Assembly: GCA_902776975.1 (NCBI GenBank)
Contig: CACYSI010000001.1
Span: forward strand, 26,661-90,660
DNA length: 64,000 nt
Direction of reading: 5' to 3'
Origin: an uncultured Ruminococcus sp.
GTDB taxonomy: Bacteria; Bacillota; Clostridia; Oscillospirales; Acutalibacteraceae
Shown here: positions 35,005-44,623 of the stretch, piece after piece
Layout: each line of letters opens with the position of its first letter
How positions within the stretch are numbered: position 1 is the first letter of the stretch
Made by a program: the position numbers and the translations under genes
The notes under the pieces: model-generated
Seen by the model: only the letters and a program-made list of their open reading frames with translations
What the model was told of the DNA's origin: nothing
Database searches by the model: none

Positions 35005-36560
35005 TATGATTTTACCTCGGGTCTCTTTCTCTTTCCCCTTAAAAAACGCTTTTGCAAAAAGCCTTTGGCGCGCTTTAACGCGAACCTCATATCCTTGCGG
35101 TAGAATATCAGCGATGAGACCAGCCATACGATGATACCGTACAGGCTTACCGCGATCGCTGCGCCGAGCCATTTCAGCCAGCTGTCTATCGTGATATTCT
35201 GTACTATCAGTAATGCCGGTACACAAATCAGAGCCATATTGAACAAAGCCCATATCGACTTTAATATGAATACTCTTTTGCCTCTCCTGACGATATTTTT
35301 ATCTATATAAAACGCGTACTGATATGAACGGTAAACATTGGCGACAAACGTACCCACCGCAACGCCTACTATTCCGATAAACTGTACAAGTACGACGGAT
35401 ATCACTATATTCAAAACAGCCTCGATTATAGCGGCTGCCTTAGTCTCTTTATATTGACCCGCGCCCTGCACCAGACACAGATAAGGTGTTCTGATCGACT
35501 GAAAGGCGAACGCCATCGTGATGACAACGGCATATACCGGCAGGATATACTCCACATCGTGTACGCCCTTGGTATACAGAGCGATAAACGGCAGCAGCAT
35601 GACCATAGCTATAGAGAAGACCACCGACGCGAACGAGTATATCGCGTACTCATAAAAGCCCAGAAAGCTCTTGATCTTGTCCTTTTCTCCCTTAGCCCAC
35701 ATATCGCCGAATATCGGCTCGGTACCTGTCGTCATGATGGACTGTATCTTTTTGAGCGCGTTCATGACCAGATTATATACGGTATATACAGAAACCGTCT
35801 TTACATCGGTGAATACAGTCAGAACTATGATATCGGTATTATCATGTACGATGTTTGCGAGGGCGTGAGCCATAGCGTCGCCTCGTCTGTTCAGCGCGCT
35901 CTTGTCAGGCTCGATATTCTTTATCAGCTTATACTTTTTGTGTACATATATATACTGCATGAGCGGTCTGAGTACAAATACCACCGCGCTGCCCAGCTTG
36001 ACTATCTGGATGCTGAAGCCCATATGGATCAGCACCGCGGAGAGAACGGTATTCAATATGATCGAGATCGTCATGAAGATATTTGAGATATATACGCTCT
36101 GATCGGCAAGCAAGAAGGTACGATATGTAACACCGAAGAAGAATTCGGCAAAGGCGCTGGCGCCGAGGATGAGTATCAGTATAAATACATCAAAGTAATC
36201 AAAGCCGGTATGTATGACCAGGGGATATATCAGAGCGATACCGATGATATACGCCAGCAGTACAAGACCGACCCTGCGCATATAGTTATTGGTAGCGCGT
36301 ACTATAGCGCTGGTTTTTCTGAGATCCTTGGCTGCGAGAGATTGATACAGAGCTACTCTTGTAGAGGCGGTCACGCCCAACGTCAAAAGCGAGATAAGCG
36401 TGAGAAACTGTGTGACCGACGAAACGATGCCGTTGTATGCCGAGCCGAAATGCGACAGTATCAGTCGCGGCAGTATCAGCGCGCATACCATCGCCACCAC
36501 CTCATAGAGCGCGGAGGTCGCGATATTCAATGTCGCTTTTGTCGTTCTTGATCTTGCCAT
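35004..36560 (-). CDS. wzx: Oligosaccharide flippase (MOP/Wzx family polysaccharide biosynthesis protein)
   Basis: 518-aa protein with about 12-14 TM segments and an N-terminus typical of Wzx-type flippases. Confidence 0.8.
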   Translation of the reverse strand: MARSRTTKATLNIATSALYEVVAMVCALILPRLILSHFGSAYNGIVSSVTQFLTLISLLTLGVTASTRVALYQSLAAKDLRKTSAIVRATNNYMRRVGLVLLAYIIGIALIYPLVIHTGFDYFDVFILILILGASAFAEFFFGVTYRTFLLADQSVYISNIFMTISIILNTVLSAVLIHMGFSIQIVKLGSAVVFVLRPLMQYIYVHKKYKLIKNIEPDKSALNRRGDAMAHALANIVHDNTDIIVLTVFTDVKTVSVYTVYNLVMNALKKIQSIMTTGTEPIFGDMWAKGEKDKIKSFLGFYEYAIYSFASVVFSIAMVMLLPFIALYTKGVHDVEYILPVYAVVITMAFAFQSIRTPYLCLVQGAGQYKETKAAAIIEAVLNIVISVVLVQFIGIVGVAVGTFVANVYRSYQYAFYIDKNIVRRGKRVFILKSIWALFNMALICVPALLIVQNITIDSWLKWLGAAIAVSLYGIIVWLVSSLIFYRKDMRFALKRAKGFLQKRFLRGKRKRPEVKS

Positions 36561-36717
36561 GATTATATTACCTTCTTATTATCTAACTGACAAATCTTCA
36601 AAGCGTATAGCTTTGAAAAAACTTTGACCCTTTAGGTTTTATTGAAACAATTGCCGAACCCTATCGTCTGATAAACAGATGATACAGTAGGTCGGTATAT
36701 TATCGGAGCGTTGATAC

Positions 36718-38991
36718 TTAAAGCCTTTTTATGAGCCACGCCGCTTTGGGATGAGTATACATCATCCTCATCTTAGGGGTGATCGTATCCGAAAGATAGT
36801 CGATAAAGCTCATTTCATCCGAGTATTCTTTCATCCTTATGCCGCAAGGAGCCGAAGGTCTGAACAGATGCGCGTAGGCAGTAAAATCGCCGTTGAAGCG
36901 TTCCGATTCAAAGAATCCCGAAAGCTTGTCTTTAAACGACCTTGCCTTGTCTGTATTGAGCATCACCATGGAGATACCCTTGAGTCGCTCAGACTGCAAA
37001 GCCGGGATCTTTTTCTCAAGCCCCCAAAAATCACCCAGAGTTATATCCGAGCAGCGCTCCATGCGCGCAAACTCACAGTTATAACACGAGCTTCTGTAAA
37101 ACATCCGATACTTATACGACATAACATACAGATCCTTATCGGTAAGCTCGCTCTCTCCGTTTTCATATTTCAGTGAAATCAAGCGATAAGACCTCTTGCC
37201 CGGCGTATCCGTCTTGTTTCTGAACGAATATGATGTGACCGGACTGTTCTTTTTCTCTCCTAAGCCTTTGATATATTTGCTGAAATACAGCGGATTGGAT
37301 ACGCCGTGACAGATAAAGTCTACGGTGAGCAGATACTCGCTGTCGCCGGTCACGGCTCTCAGACCCGCTACCTGACACGGAGTACCCGAAAACAGCACGT
37401 GCTGCTTATTTTTGATACGTTCTTTTATCTCGTCAAAAATACCTTCGACATTACTCTGAAGATACTTTGATCTGCACATATCGGAGATCACGTTCTTATC
37501 CTGAGTTCCGGTATGTATAACATAAAACTCGTTGTTATATACAGCTCCGTATACCCAAGCGTCGGGGTATTCCTTAGTATACGCGTCCGCTATAGCGCCG
37601 AACGCTCCGCCCGAGGTGCTCTGCCATCTTTTATCTTTATCGGAGTGCCAACCGTAGTATACCTCCGAGTTTTGTGACTCTGATCTTAAGCTGAGGGTTT
37701 TCTCACAGGTCCTTGCGCATTTATTGCAGTGTATACATTTTTCTTCGTCTATTTCGGGATAGACAAAGCCGTTTTCGGCTACCATGCCGATCGCGTTTAC
37801 GGGACAGTTGGCGGAGCAGGCTGTACAGCCTCTGCAATCTGAGCTGTGCCCCGTATCAAAGTATGATTTCTTTACCGGGTTTTTAAATATTTCACCCGAG
37901 CATATCTGCTTGATATATTCGAGCGATGAGGCTCTCTCAGCCTCCAAACGTTCTTTGACCTGCAGATAATCGATCTTTTCATTCAACTTCGATATCTCTT
38001 CTGTCGTTTTGATCTGTCTGTCTGTCAGATCGAGCTTGTTCAAAAGATTCAACGCTCTCGAGTTCGTAGCTGAGAGTTGAACAGAAATAAACTGCTTCTC
38101 AAATAATATCGAGAAAGCCATACCGTGAAACGAATTGGTTATCACCGCGTCGGCGTATTTGATATATGAGAGGAACTCTTCTACTCCGGCAGAACAGACA
38201 GTCTCTACACCGCTGTAATTATCCGCCATCAAACCTGTATAGATCACCTTACAGTTGTGTTCGGCGGCATATCTTCTACCCATTTCTATCAATCGGGTAT
38301 CGGGTCTGAGCATATATATGAACACATAAGGAGAGCTTTCTATCCGCTCGGCGGCTATCTCAGACCATCTCTCCTTATCAAACAGCAAAGTCGGGTCGAG
38401 ATCGCAGCGTACAGGAGCAGACAAATAGGATCTGAGAAGATCGACGCTCTGCTGCTCTCTGAAAGAAATGCTGCTGAAACCCCTGAGAGCTCTGTGATAA
38501 TTGTCCTTTTGCGCGTCGCTGAGCTCGGTCAGGCTCGCGCTTGCCGCATAGCTAACTCTCTTTACATCATCAGAAAGACCCGGCCACTTAAAGGTATACC
38601 AGTCTGCGTTAGGTCCCGTGATAAGAGTCCATATCTGGTCGCTTCCCGCCAGCAAAACATCCGAGTCTTTGACTTCACGGGCTGCTTCACGAGCCGAACC
38701 GACTTCAAGCACAGAAAGTCGATCATTGATAAAGCGTCTGATCTTTTTTTCTTTTTCGCTGAAGCGTCCTTCCTGCAAAAGCATTTTCAGCTTGACTGAA
38801 CTGGTATAATTCTTTCCCGGTTTTAATGCCTTCAAATACTTCTTTACTTTTGCTTTTTGCCCTGTAGGCCTATTCTTCATTTTAACTATTACCGGCTCAG
38901 CTGAGTTGTCTTTGAGTACACTTTGCAGAGCATATGCCTGCAAAACCGAGCCGTAATTGTTTATCAAATAAGTTACAGTTAGAATACGCAT
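36718..38991 (-). CDS. Fusion protein: polysaccharide pyruvyl transferase-family domain + 2x[4Fe-4S] + FrhB-like domain
   Basis: The N-terminus NNYGSVLQAYALQ matches 39027..40103. Mid-region CRGCTACSANCP and CIHCNKCARTCE. The C-terminal half is collinear with 29428..30603. Confidence 0.75.
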   Translation of the reverse strand: MRILTVTYLINNYGSVLQAYALQSVLKDNSAEPVIVKMKNRPTGQKAKVKKYLKALKPGKNYTSSVKLKMLLQEGRFSEKEKKIRRFINDRLSVLEVGSAREAAREVKDSDVLLAGSDQIWTLITGPNADWYTFKWPGLSDDVKRVSYAASASLTELSDAQKDNYHRALRGFSSISFREQQSVDLLRSYLSAPVRCDLDPTLLFDKERWSEIAAERIESSPYVFIYMLRPDTRLIEMGRRYAAEHNCKVIYTGLMADNYSGVETVCSAGVEEFLSYIKYADAVITNSFHGMAFSILFEKQFISVQLSATNSRALNLLNKLDLTDRQIKTTEEISKLNEKIDYLQVKERLEAERASSLEYIKQICSGEIFKNPVKKSYFDTGHSSDCRGCTACSANCPVNAIGMVAENGFVYPEIDEEKCIHCNKCARTCEKTLSLRSESQNSEVYYGWHSDKDKRWQSTSGGAFGAIADAYTKEYPDAWVYGAVYNNEFYVIHTGTQDKNVISDMCRSKYLQSNVEGIFDEIKERIKNKQHVLFSGTPCQVAGLRAVTGDSEYLLTVDFICHGVSNPLYFSKYIKGLGEKKNSPVTSYSFRNKTDTPGKRSYRLISLKYENGESELTDKDLYVMSYKYRMFYRSSCYNCEFARMERCSDITLGDFWGLEKKIPALQSERLKGISMVMLNTDKARSFKDKLSGFFESERFNGDFTAYAHLFRPSAPCGIRMKEYSDEMSFIDYLSDTITPKMRMMYTHPKAAWLIKRL

Positions 38992-39026
38992 ATCTACTAC
39001 ACCAATATATCAAAAAAGCTTTTGTT

Positions 39027-40103
39027 TCAGCTCATTTTTTCCTTTATCAAAGATATATAGCTCTCGCCGATACTTCTCAGGCTTTCGGTAGCCTGAAAAG
39101 AGAAGGAGGTATCGAGCTCTCTGCCGTCCGCCGCGTTCGGATCGTCTATGATCCTCGCCTTGAGCTCATCCGAGCTCAGCAGATCGGTGATCCTTTCAGG
39201 CGCTTTCGGAGGGAGGACGCTATAGAACTGCTTTTTTAATATCAACGAAAACGCGGTACCGTGGAACGAGTCGCACAGTACATATTCCGCGTTCGCGATA
39301 AGCTCAACGTATTTCTCGGGAGAAGCGTCCCTGATTATCTTATCGGCATTTGCCGACAATCTGCCGATCTTGGTTACTATGTACAGCTTGCAGTTCTTTT
39401 CATGAGCCAGCCTCTGAGCCGCCTTCAACAGGGTATCCGAGCCGAAGAGAGCGTATACAAATATATATTTCTCATCTGCTTTTTTCGAGATATTGAGGCT
39501 CTTTTTCCATTCCTCTCCCGTCAGAAGAAAGACCGGATCGGGTATGGTCCGACCGTCGATATCTATCTCGCTCTTTATCTTATCGGCTACCGCCTTTTCT
39601 CTGAAAGACAGAAGATCAAAGCTGCCGAGCTGTTCCTTATAAACGTCCTTGTACTCCTCAAGATACTTTCCCATACTCGCGGCGTAGGATATCTTCGGTT
39701 TGCCGCCCGTAACAAAGTCGAGAAAATACGCGGTATCGCCGCCGGTCAGTTCAAGGTTGAAAACCTGATCGCTGCCGGTGATGAAAGCGTCGTATACTTT
39801 ATTTGCCTGAGCGATAGTTGCTTTAGTATACGGCTTGCTGTGAGGGATCCTCTCTCTGAAAGGAGCAAACGCCTTCAGCCTCGGCCTGTTAAGTGTGTTG
39901 CGTATTATATTCTTCAAGTTGCCTATCAAGCCGTATTTTATATCGAGTTTTCTGGGTTGATGCATCTTCTCGATAGCGTCACATTTATAATCTATACATT
40001 CACATTCGATGTTCTCGGATGTCAGCTTTTTTTGCAGCGCGTAAGCCTGTAGAACGGCGCCGTAGTTATTCGCGCTGAAAAAGGTCATTATTCCTGCTTT
40101 CAT
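39027..40103 (-). CDS. Polysaccharide pyruvyl transferase family protein
   Basis: MKAGIMTFFSANNYGAVLQAYALQ N-terminus and C-terminal ...DSFHGTAFSLI motif typical of the family. Confidence 0.75.
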   Translation of the reverse strand: MKAGIMTFFSANNYGAVLQAYALQKKLTSENIECECIDYKCDAIEKMHQPRKLDIKYGLIGNLKNIIRNTLNRPRLKAFAPFRERIPHSKPYTKATIAQANKVYDAFITGSDQVFNLELTGGDTAYFLDFVTGGKPKISYAASMGKYLEEYKDVYKEQLGSFDLLSFREKAVADKIKSEIDIDGRTIPDPVFLLTGEEWKKSLNISKKADEKYIFVYALFGSDTLLKAAQRLAHEKNCKLYIVTKIGRLSANADKIIRDASPEKYVELIANAEYVLCDSFHGTAFSLILKKQFYSVLPPKAPERITDLLSSDELKARIIDDPNAADGRELDTSFSFQATESLRSIGESYISLIKEKMS

Positions 40104-41392
40104 ACATATTCCCTTTCATTAACGCCCAAGAGAGCTATACCTATAAAGTAGGTCACGACAAAGACATAGTCATACAGCGGATTTCCGCTGAAGCAATAGG
40201 TTATAAAGAATAGCTGTATATACATAGATAAGCGCAGAGCCAAAGCAGCGTTTGAATCTCGGTTCTCGGCGTTGATCCTTATAAACCGTCTGATCGTATA
40301 CACCAGCATCCATATTACGGTTATCAAAAACGCCGACAAGCCTACTATACCTGTCTCGCACAAAAGCTGAAGATAAACATTATGAGTCTCATAGGTACTT
40401 GTGCTCGTGGCTCTGTATACATGCAGCGATTGTTCTCTGAAATTACCCCAGCCTATACCTAAAATAGGGTGCTGCCTAAACAGGCGCAGCGCCAGATCAT
40501 AAAGCTCTGTCCTGCCTGAAAGCGTGCCGTCGTCATCGGCGAACTTATCCATGATGTTGGTCACAGATTGCCTTACGAGCGGTATGCTCATATACATAGC
40601 GAACAGCACACTTATTATGATAAGTATACTGATCGTAACTAACAGAACACGGTTCAATCTCAGCTTTATCTTGCCCTCCGACTGTCTGGCGACCAAAAAG
40701 ACGACCAGCAGCGATATGGCTATATCCAATATGAAACCGCGCTTATTGATGAGTATTATACTCAGCGCCATAACTGACAGCATGATCCAGAAATACGCTT
40801 TTTTCTTTTTATTTCTGTAGCTCACCAAAAAAGCAAACAAGCCGGGCACAAGAAAGCATCCGGTGATTCCCGCATATGTGAATAAACCGTTGCTAAGTAT
40901 TCCCGTTTTGCTTGCGAGCCTTCCGGCTGCGCTGCTCGTATACAATAAAGGAGCTATCACTCTTGAAATGATATGGGTAGTAGAATCCAAAACTACCGAA
41001 ACAGCGGTAATGATACCGAGCCTTCGCACTATCTTACATACCATATCAAAAGAAACATTCCGTCTGCACGCGGTATAGCAGATCAGCCATGAGCTGAAGC
41101 TGACCGCAAAATCCATAAAGAATACTTTTTTATTGGATCTAAACGACAGTATCAGGGTCACTCCGTAAAATATCAGCCACACGAGCAGAATACTCTGATA
41201 CAGCTTTCCGAAGCAGATAAGAGCTATCAACGCGGCAGCTCCGAGCAGTATCAAAGGGAACTGTGCAAAAGCGGCCGCCGTAAATCTGATCTGTAGCCAC
41301 ATGGAATAAAGAAAAGGCCATATTACCAGCACGCCGATCAAAAGTTGTCTGAGATTAAGTTTTCCCTGTTGTCTGTGAATCGTCAGTCTCAT
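40100..41392 (-). CDS. wzy: O-antigen polymerase/ligase-family membrane protein (Wzy-like)
   Basis: 430-aa polytopic protein with a large loop containing ...GRTELYD...HPILGIGWGNF.....HN.YLQ. 4-nt overlaps on both sides. Confidence 0.7.
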   Translation of the reverse strand: MRLTIHRQQGKLNLRQLLIGVLVIWPFLYSMWLQIRFTAAAFAQFPLILLGAAALIALICFGKLYQSILLVWLIFYGVTLILSFRSNKKVFFMDFAVSFSSWLICYTACRRNVSFDMVCKIVRRLGIITAVSVVLDSTTHIISRVIAPLLYTSSAAGRLASKTGILSNGLFTYAGITGCFLVPGLFAFLVSYRNKKKKAYFWIMLSVMALSIILINKRGFILDIAISLLVVFLVARQSEGKIKLRLNRVLLVTISILIIISVLFAMYMSIPLVRQSVTNIMDKFADDDGTLSGRTELYDLALRLFRQHPILGIGWGNFREQSLHVYRATSTSTYETHNVYLQLLCETGIVGLSAFLITVIWMLVYTIRRFIRINAENRDSNAALALRLSMYIQLFFITYCFSGNPLYDYVFVVTYFIGIALLGVNEREYV

Positions 41393-42534
41393 TGATTTAT
41401 CCTCGTTACCTGCTGATAGATATCTGTCAGTTGTTTTGATACCGCCTGCTCGCTGAAGCGCTCATTAGCGTAAGCCGCTATCCATTCGCTGTCATAACGG
41501 CTGCGGTCATTATACATTTCAAGCATAGCGGTCTTGAGAGTCTCTGTATCATTATGATCCACGAGCTTCTCAAGTCTTTCGTCGTTATTATCCTGCGCCA
41601 GAGGCAAAGATGACGACACTATGACCGGCTTGCCGGACATCCACGCCTCGATTATCGGGACGCAGAAGGTCTCATAAACGCTGTAGCATATCAAAGCGTC
41701 GGCTGACGCCATGACCTCAGCCATTTTCTCTCTCGGCACGGTACCGAGCAGCTTTACCTTGTCGTAGGCGCCCGCATCGGCTACGAGCCTGCTCAGCTTG
41801 TCAAAGTCGCTTCCGCCGCCGGCAACGGTCAGCACGGCGTCGGTCTTTTCACCGAACACCTCAATAAAGGCAGAGATGACCTTGTCAAACTGCTTTATCG
41901 GTATCACTCTGCCTACACAAATAAAATTAAAGCCCTTATGAGGCTCGCTCTTTACAGAAAAAGCCGAGCTCACAAAGTTAGGTATGACATGGATGTCGCG
42001 CTTTGTGCCCGTCAGCTCTCTGACGGATCTCTCAAGACCCGAGCTGACACAGATCAGCGCGTCGGATTTTTTGCTGAAATCTCTCAGATTCTCAGAGTGC
42101 GCGCCGTCGATCTGCTTCTCCATGACCTGCGACCAATGCTCGGTCGCGACTATCCTGACACCCTTCTTCTGAAAAGGCTCAAAGGCGTCATACATCCAGA
42201 GCGTCGGATAATGGATGTGTATCACATCGGGCATACCGTATTTTTTCACCATATTATCGGCGAGCTTGCGAAAGCGCTTGACCGCCATTCGCATCGACGC
42301 GGCACGATCCATAAATCTTCCGAGAGGCAGATTGAAAGAGGCGGTCTTGACCGGGCTCGCGAAAGAGTACCGGTAACCTAAGCCCTTGAGATCCCTGACC
42401 GAGAGTACATTCACGCTGAAATAGCAGACGTCCATACCTGCTCGCGCAAGCAGCTGAGCTTGTTCAAACTCAAAGCTTCCCATCAGATTATTCTGTTTAC
42501 TGGGCATCGCTCTGCCTACTACCCATACTCGCAT
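41389..42534 (-). CDS. Glycosyltransferase family 4 (GT-B)
   Basis: C-terminal E(x7)E-type region (...YETFCVPIIEAWMSGKPVI...). Typical GT4 length. Confidence 0.8.
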   Translation of the reverse strand: MRVWVVGRAMPSKQNNLMGSFEFEQAQLLARAGMDVCYFSVNVLSVRDLKGLGYRYSFASPVKTASFNLPLGRFMDRAASMRMAVKRFRKLADNMVKKYGMPDVIHIHYPTLWMYDAFEPFQKKGVRIVATEHWSQVMEKQIDGAHSENLRDFSKKSDALICVSSGLERSVRELTGTKRDIHVIPNFVSSAFSVKSEPHKGFNFICVGRVIPIKQFDKVISAFIEVFGEKTDAVLTVAGGGSDFDKLSRLVADAGAYDKVKLLGTVPREKMAEVMASADALICYSVYETFCVPIIEAWMSGKPVIVSSSLPLAQDNNDERLEKLVDHNDTETLKTAMLEMYNDRSRYDSEWIAAYANERFSEQAVSKQLTDIYQQVTRINQ

Positions 42535-42617
42535 ATCGGGTCAGCTCTCCTCTCCGCCCGCCGCGTCACAGCGTCGGGCGTACATCCATATTGATCACGG
42601 GACAAAAATCATAGTTA

Positions 42618-42860
42618 TCAGTCAAAATCCACGCCGTATCTCTTGAGTATCTCTATACCGTTAAGATACGAGCCGTAGTGCAGTATATCATCAGCGTCAA
42701 ACAGCACGTCAAAGCTGTCCTCCAGCTCAGATATAAGAGAAAGATGCGCTACCGAATCCCAAACGGGCACATCTTTAAATGTAAAGTTCTCACCGAGTAC
42801 ATCCTCGCTTACGCCGAAGGTATCGGTAAACGCCTTGTTATACTTTTCTAAGTTAGTCAT
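42618..42860 (-). CDS. Acyl/aminoacyl carrier protein (DltC-like type)
   Basis: 80 aa, with the phosphopantetheine-attachment motif VWDSVAHLSLI. Confidence 0.75.
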   Translation of the reverse strand: MTNLEKYNKAFTDTFGVSEDVLGENFTFKDVPVWDSVAHLSLISELEDSFDVLFDADDILHYGSYLNGIEILKRYGVDFD

Positions 42861-42874
42861 CGTTATTCCCTCAA

Positions 42875-43093
42875 TTATTCCATCTCGGCGAGGATATCGC
42901 CTACTGTCTTGAAGCCCTTGATAACGTCGCCGGTCAGCTTTTTGCCGAACTCGTCGTCCATCATCACTATCAGTGAGAGCTTTGCCATCGAGTCGTACTC
43001 GTCTACATCGTCAAGTACGGTATCAGCTGTAAGTGTGCCCTCGTCAAGGTCGAGTGTCTCTTCGATCAGAGCGATCTTTTCCTTTTCTGTCAT
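42875..43093 (-). CDS. Acyl carrier protein (copy A of a tandem duplicate)
   Basis: 72 aa from MTEKEKIALIEE with a GGAGGA RBS 8 nt upstream. EYDSMAKLSLI Ser motif. Confidence 0.8.
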   Translation of the reverse strand: MTEKEKIALIEETLDLDEGTLTADTVLDDVDEYDSMAKLSLIVMMDDEFGKKLTGDVIKGFKTVGDILAEME

Positions 43094-43114
43094 TGTTATT
43101 TCCTCCGTTTTCAT

Positions 43115-43298
43115 TTAATATATTAAGATTTCCCAAGGGAGCTTTCAGCGCAGCGTACCGGGTTTTCGTGCTGCGTTGAGCTCGACCGTATAAAACGGGA
43201 TGTATCCCGCGTCTGTCCCGACCGTTCTTGCGGTCAGGCAGCTTGCATTGCGCTTTTATACTAACAAAAAGCGATAAAAGATTGATTTGAAATCCGTA
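43115..43298. repeat. Repeat-element insertion between the duplicated ACP genes
   Basis: ggagctttcagcgcagcg...ttttatactaa...tttgaaat resembles the flank and both termini of the 154-bp element (63380-63557) with the interior missing. Confidence 0.55.
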
Positions 43299-43517
43299 TT
43301 ACTCCATTTCGGCGAGGATATCGCCTACGGTCTTGAAGCCCTTGATAACGTCGCCGGTCAGCTTCTTGCCGAACTCGTCGTCCATCATCACTATCAGTGA
43401 GAGCTTAGCCATCGAGTCGTACTCGTCTACGTCGTCAAGTACGGTATCAGCGGTAAGTGTGCCCTCGTCGAGGTCGAGTGTTTCTTCGATCAGTGCGATC
43501 TTTTCCTGTTCTGTCAT
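43299..43517 (-). CDS. Acyl carrier protein (copy B of a tandem duplicate)
   Basis: 72 aa from MTEQEKIALIEE. The protein differs from copy A at essentially one residue in the supplied translations. Confidence 0.8.
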   Translation of the reverse strand: MTEQEKIALIEETLDLDEGTLTADTVLDDVDEYDSMAKLSLIVMMDDEFGKKLTGDVIKGFKTVGDILAEME

Positions 43518-43553
43518 AGCTTTTATTCCTTTCATTATCAGATTATATATTAT

Positions 43554-44609
43554 TTATTGATCCGTAAAACCGTCGTCAAATGTTATATCCGTAGCCAGTA
43601 CGGGATATATATCGTCGGTGTTGATCGTAAAATCGAGCACACCCCACGAAAGTCCGATACCAAAGCCGCTCGTCAGCAAGGACAGCTCTTTTCCGTCCTT
43701 ATCCTCGCCGTATTTATCCGAGATGGTCAGCGGTACCGAGGCGCTGCTCGTGTTGCCGTATCTGTCTATCGAAACAGGGCACTTTTCAAACTCGACGCCC
43801 AGTCTCTTAGCGATATTTTTGAGCACCATCATATTTGCCTGGTGGAGCACTACCGCGTCATAGCTGTCAGCCGACTTACCTGTTTTTTCAGCATACTCGC
43901 GCACGAGCTCGGGTACTTCGTTGATCGTAAAATTGAACACGGCTATATCGTCTCCGGGGATCAGCTCGGGACCTTCGGGATGACGCCAAGCGCCGTAAGG
44001 CGAGGTGATCGCCTTGAGACCCGTACCGTCGGTCATAAGTCCGCTTCTTATACAGCTGCCCTTACTCTTTTCGAGCAGGACGGCGGAGCTTGCGTCGCCG
44101 AACAGCAGTCTTGTGTTAGATGAGCGTTCGCCTGTCTCTTTTCTGCCGCGCGCCTGAGTATCTCCCATCACGATGAGAGCTTTGTCGGCAGAAGATGCCG
44201 CCAGCATACCCGCGCCTATCGAAACTCCGTATACAAATCCCGAGCAGCCTAAGTTGACGTCAAACGCCATACAGCTCTTGCTCAGACCCAGACGATCGTG
44301 CAGCAGGCAGGCGGTCGAGGGAGTGCGATAATCGGGATTCTGTGTGAGGTTTATCAGTATCCCTATCTCCTCGGGCTTATATTTGCCGTTATCCTCAAGT
44401 ATCTTTGCCGCGGCAAAAGAGAAGTCGGACGCGGTCTGATCCGCTGCGGCGATACGCTTCTGAGTGATACCGGTTTTTCTGATAAAGCTCTTTATATATT
44501 TGGGATCCTCGTTGGGATCATCCGCCATCGCCGCTATATCGAAGGCGTCCTTCGGTACGGCAGAAGCTATGGCGGCTATTCTGATATCTTTATATTCATT
44601 ATAGATCAT
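43554..44609 (-). CDS. 3-oxoacyl-ACP synthase III family (KAS III / FabH-like) enzyme
   Basis: Cys-His-Asn triad contexts NLGCSGFVYG, LHQANMM and YGNTSSAS. Confidence 0.85.
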   Translation of the reverse strand: MIYNEYKDIRIAAIASAVPKDAFDIAAMADDPNEDPKYIKSFIRKTGITQKRIAAADQTASDFSFAAAKILEDNGKYKPEEIGILINLTQNPDYRTPSTACLLHDRLGLSKSCMAFDVNLGCSGFVYGVSIGAGMLAASSADKALIVMGDTQARGRKETGERSSNTRLLFGDASSAVLLEKSKGSCIRSGLMTDGTGLKAITSPYGAWRHPEGPELIPGDDIAVFNFTINEVPELVREYAEKTGKSADSYDAVVLHQANMMVLKNIAKRLGVEFEKCPVSIDRYGNTSSASVPLTISDKYGEDKDGKELSLLTSGFGIGLSWGVLDFTINTDDIYPVLATDITFDDGFTDQ

Positions 44610-44623
44610 GTTTTTCCCTTTCG

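Noticed and set aside
36561-36717. Internal terminator or promoter in the wzx / pyruvyl-transferase gap
   Set aside because: The ttcaaagc...gctttgaa hairpin has its U-run on the wrong side for minus-strand termination. The only -35/-10-like pair would overlap the wzx RBS.
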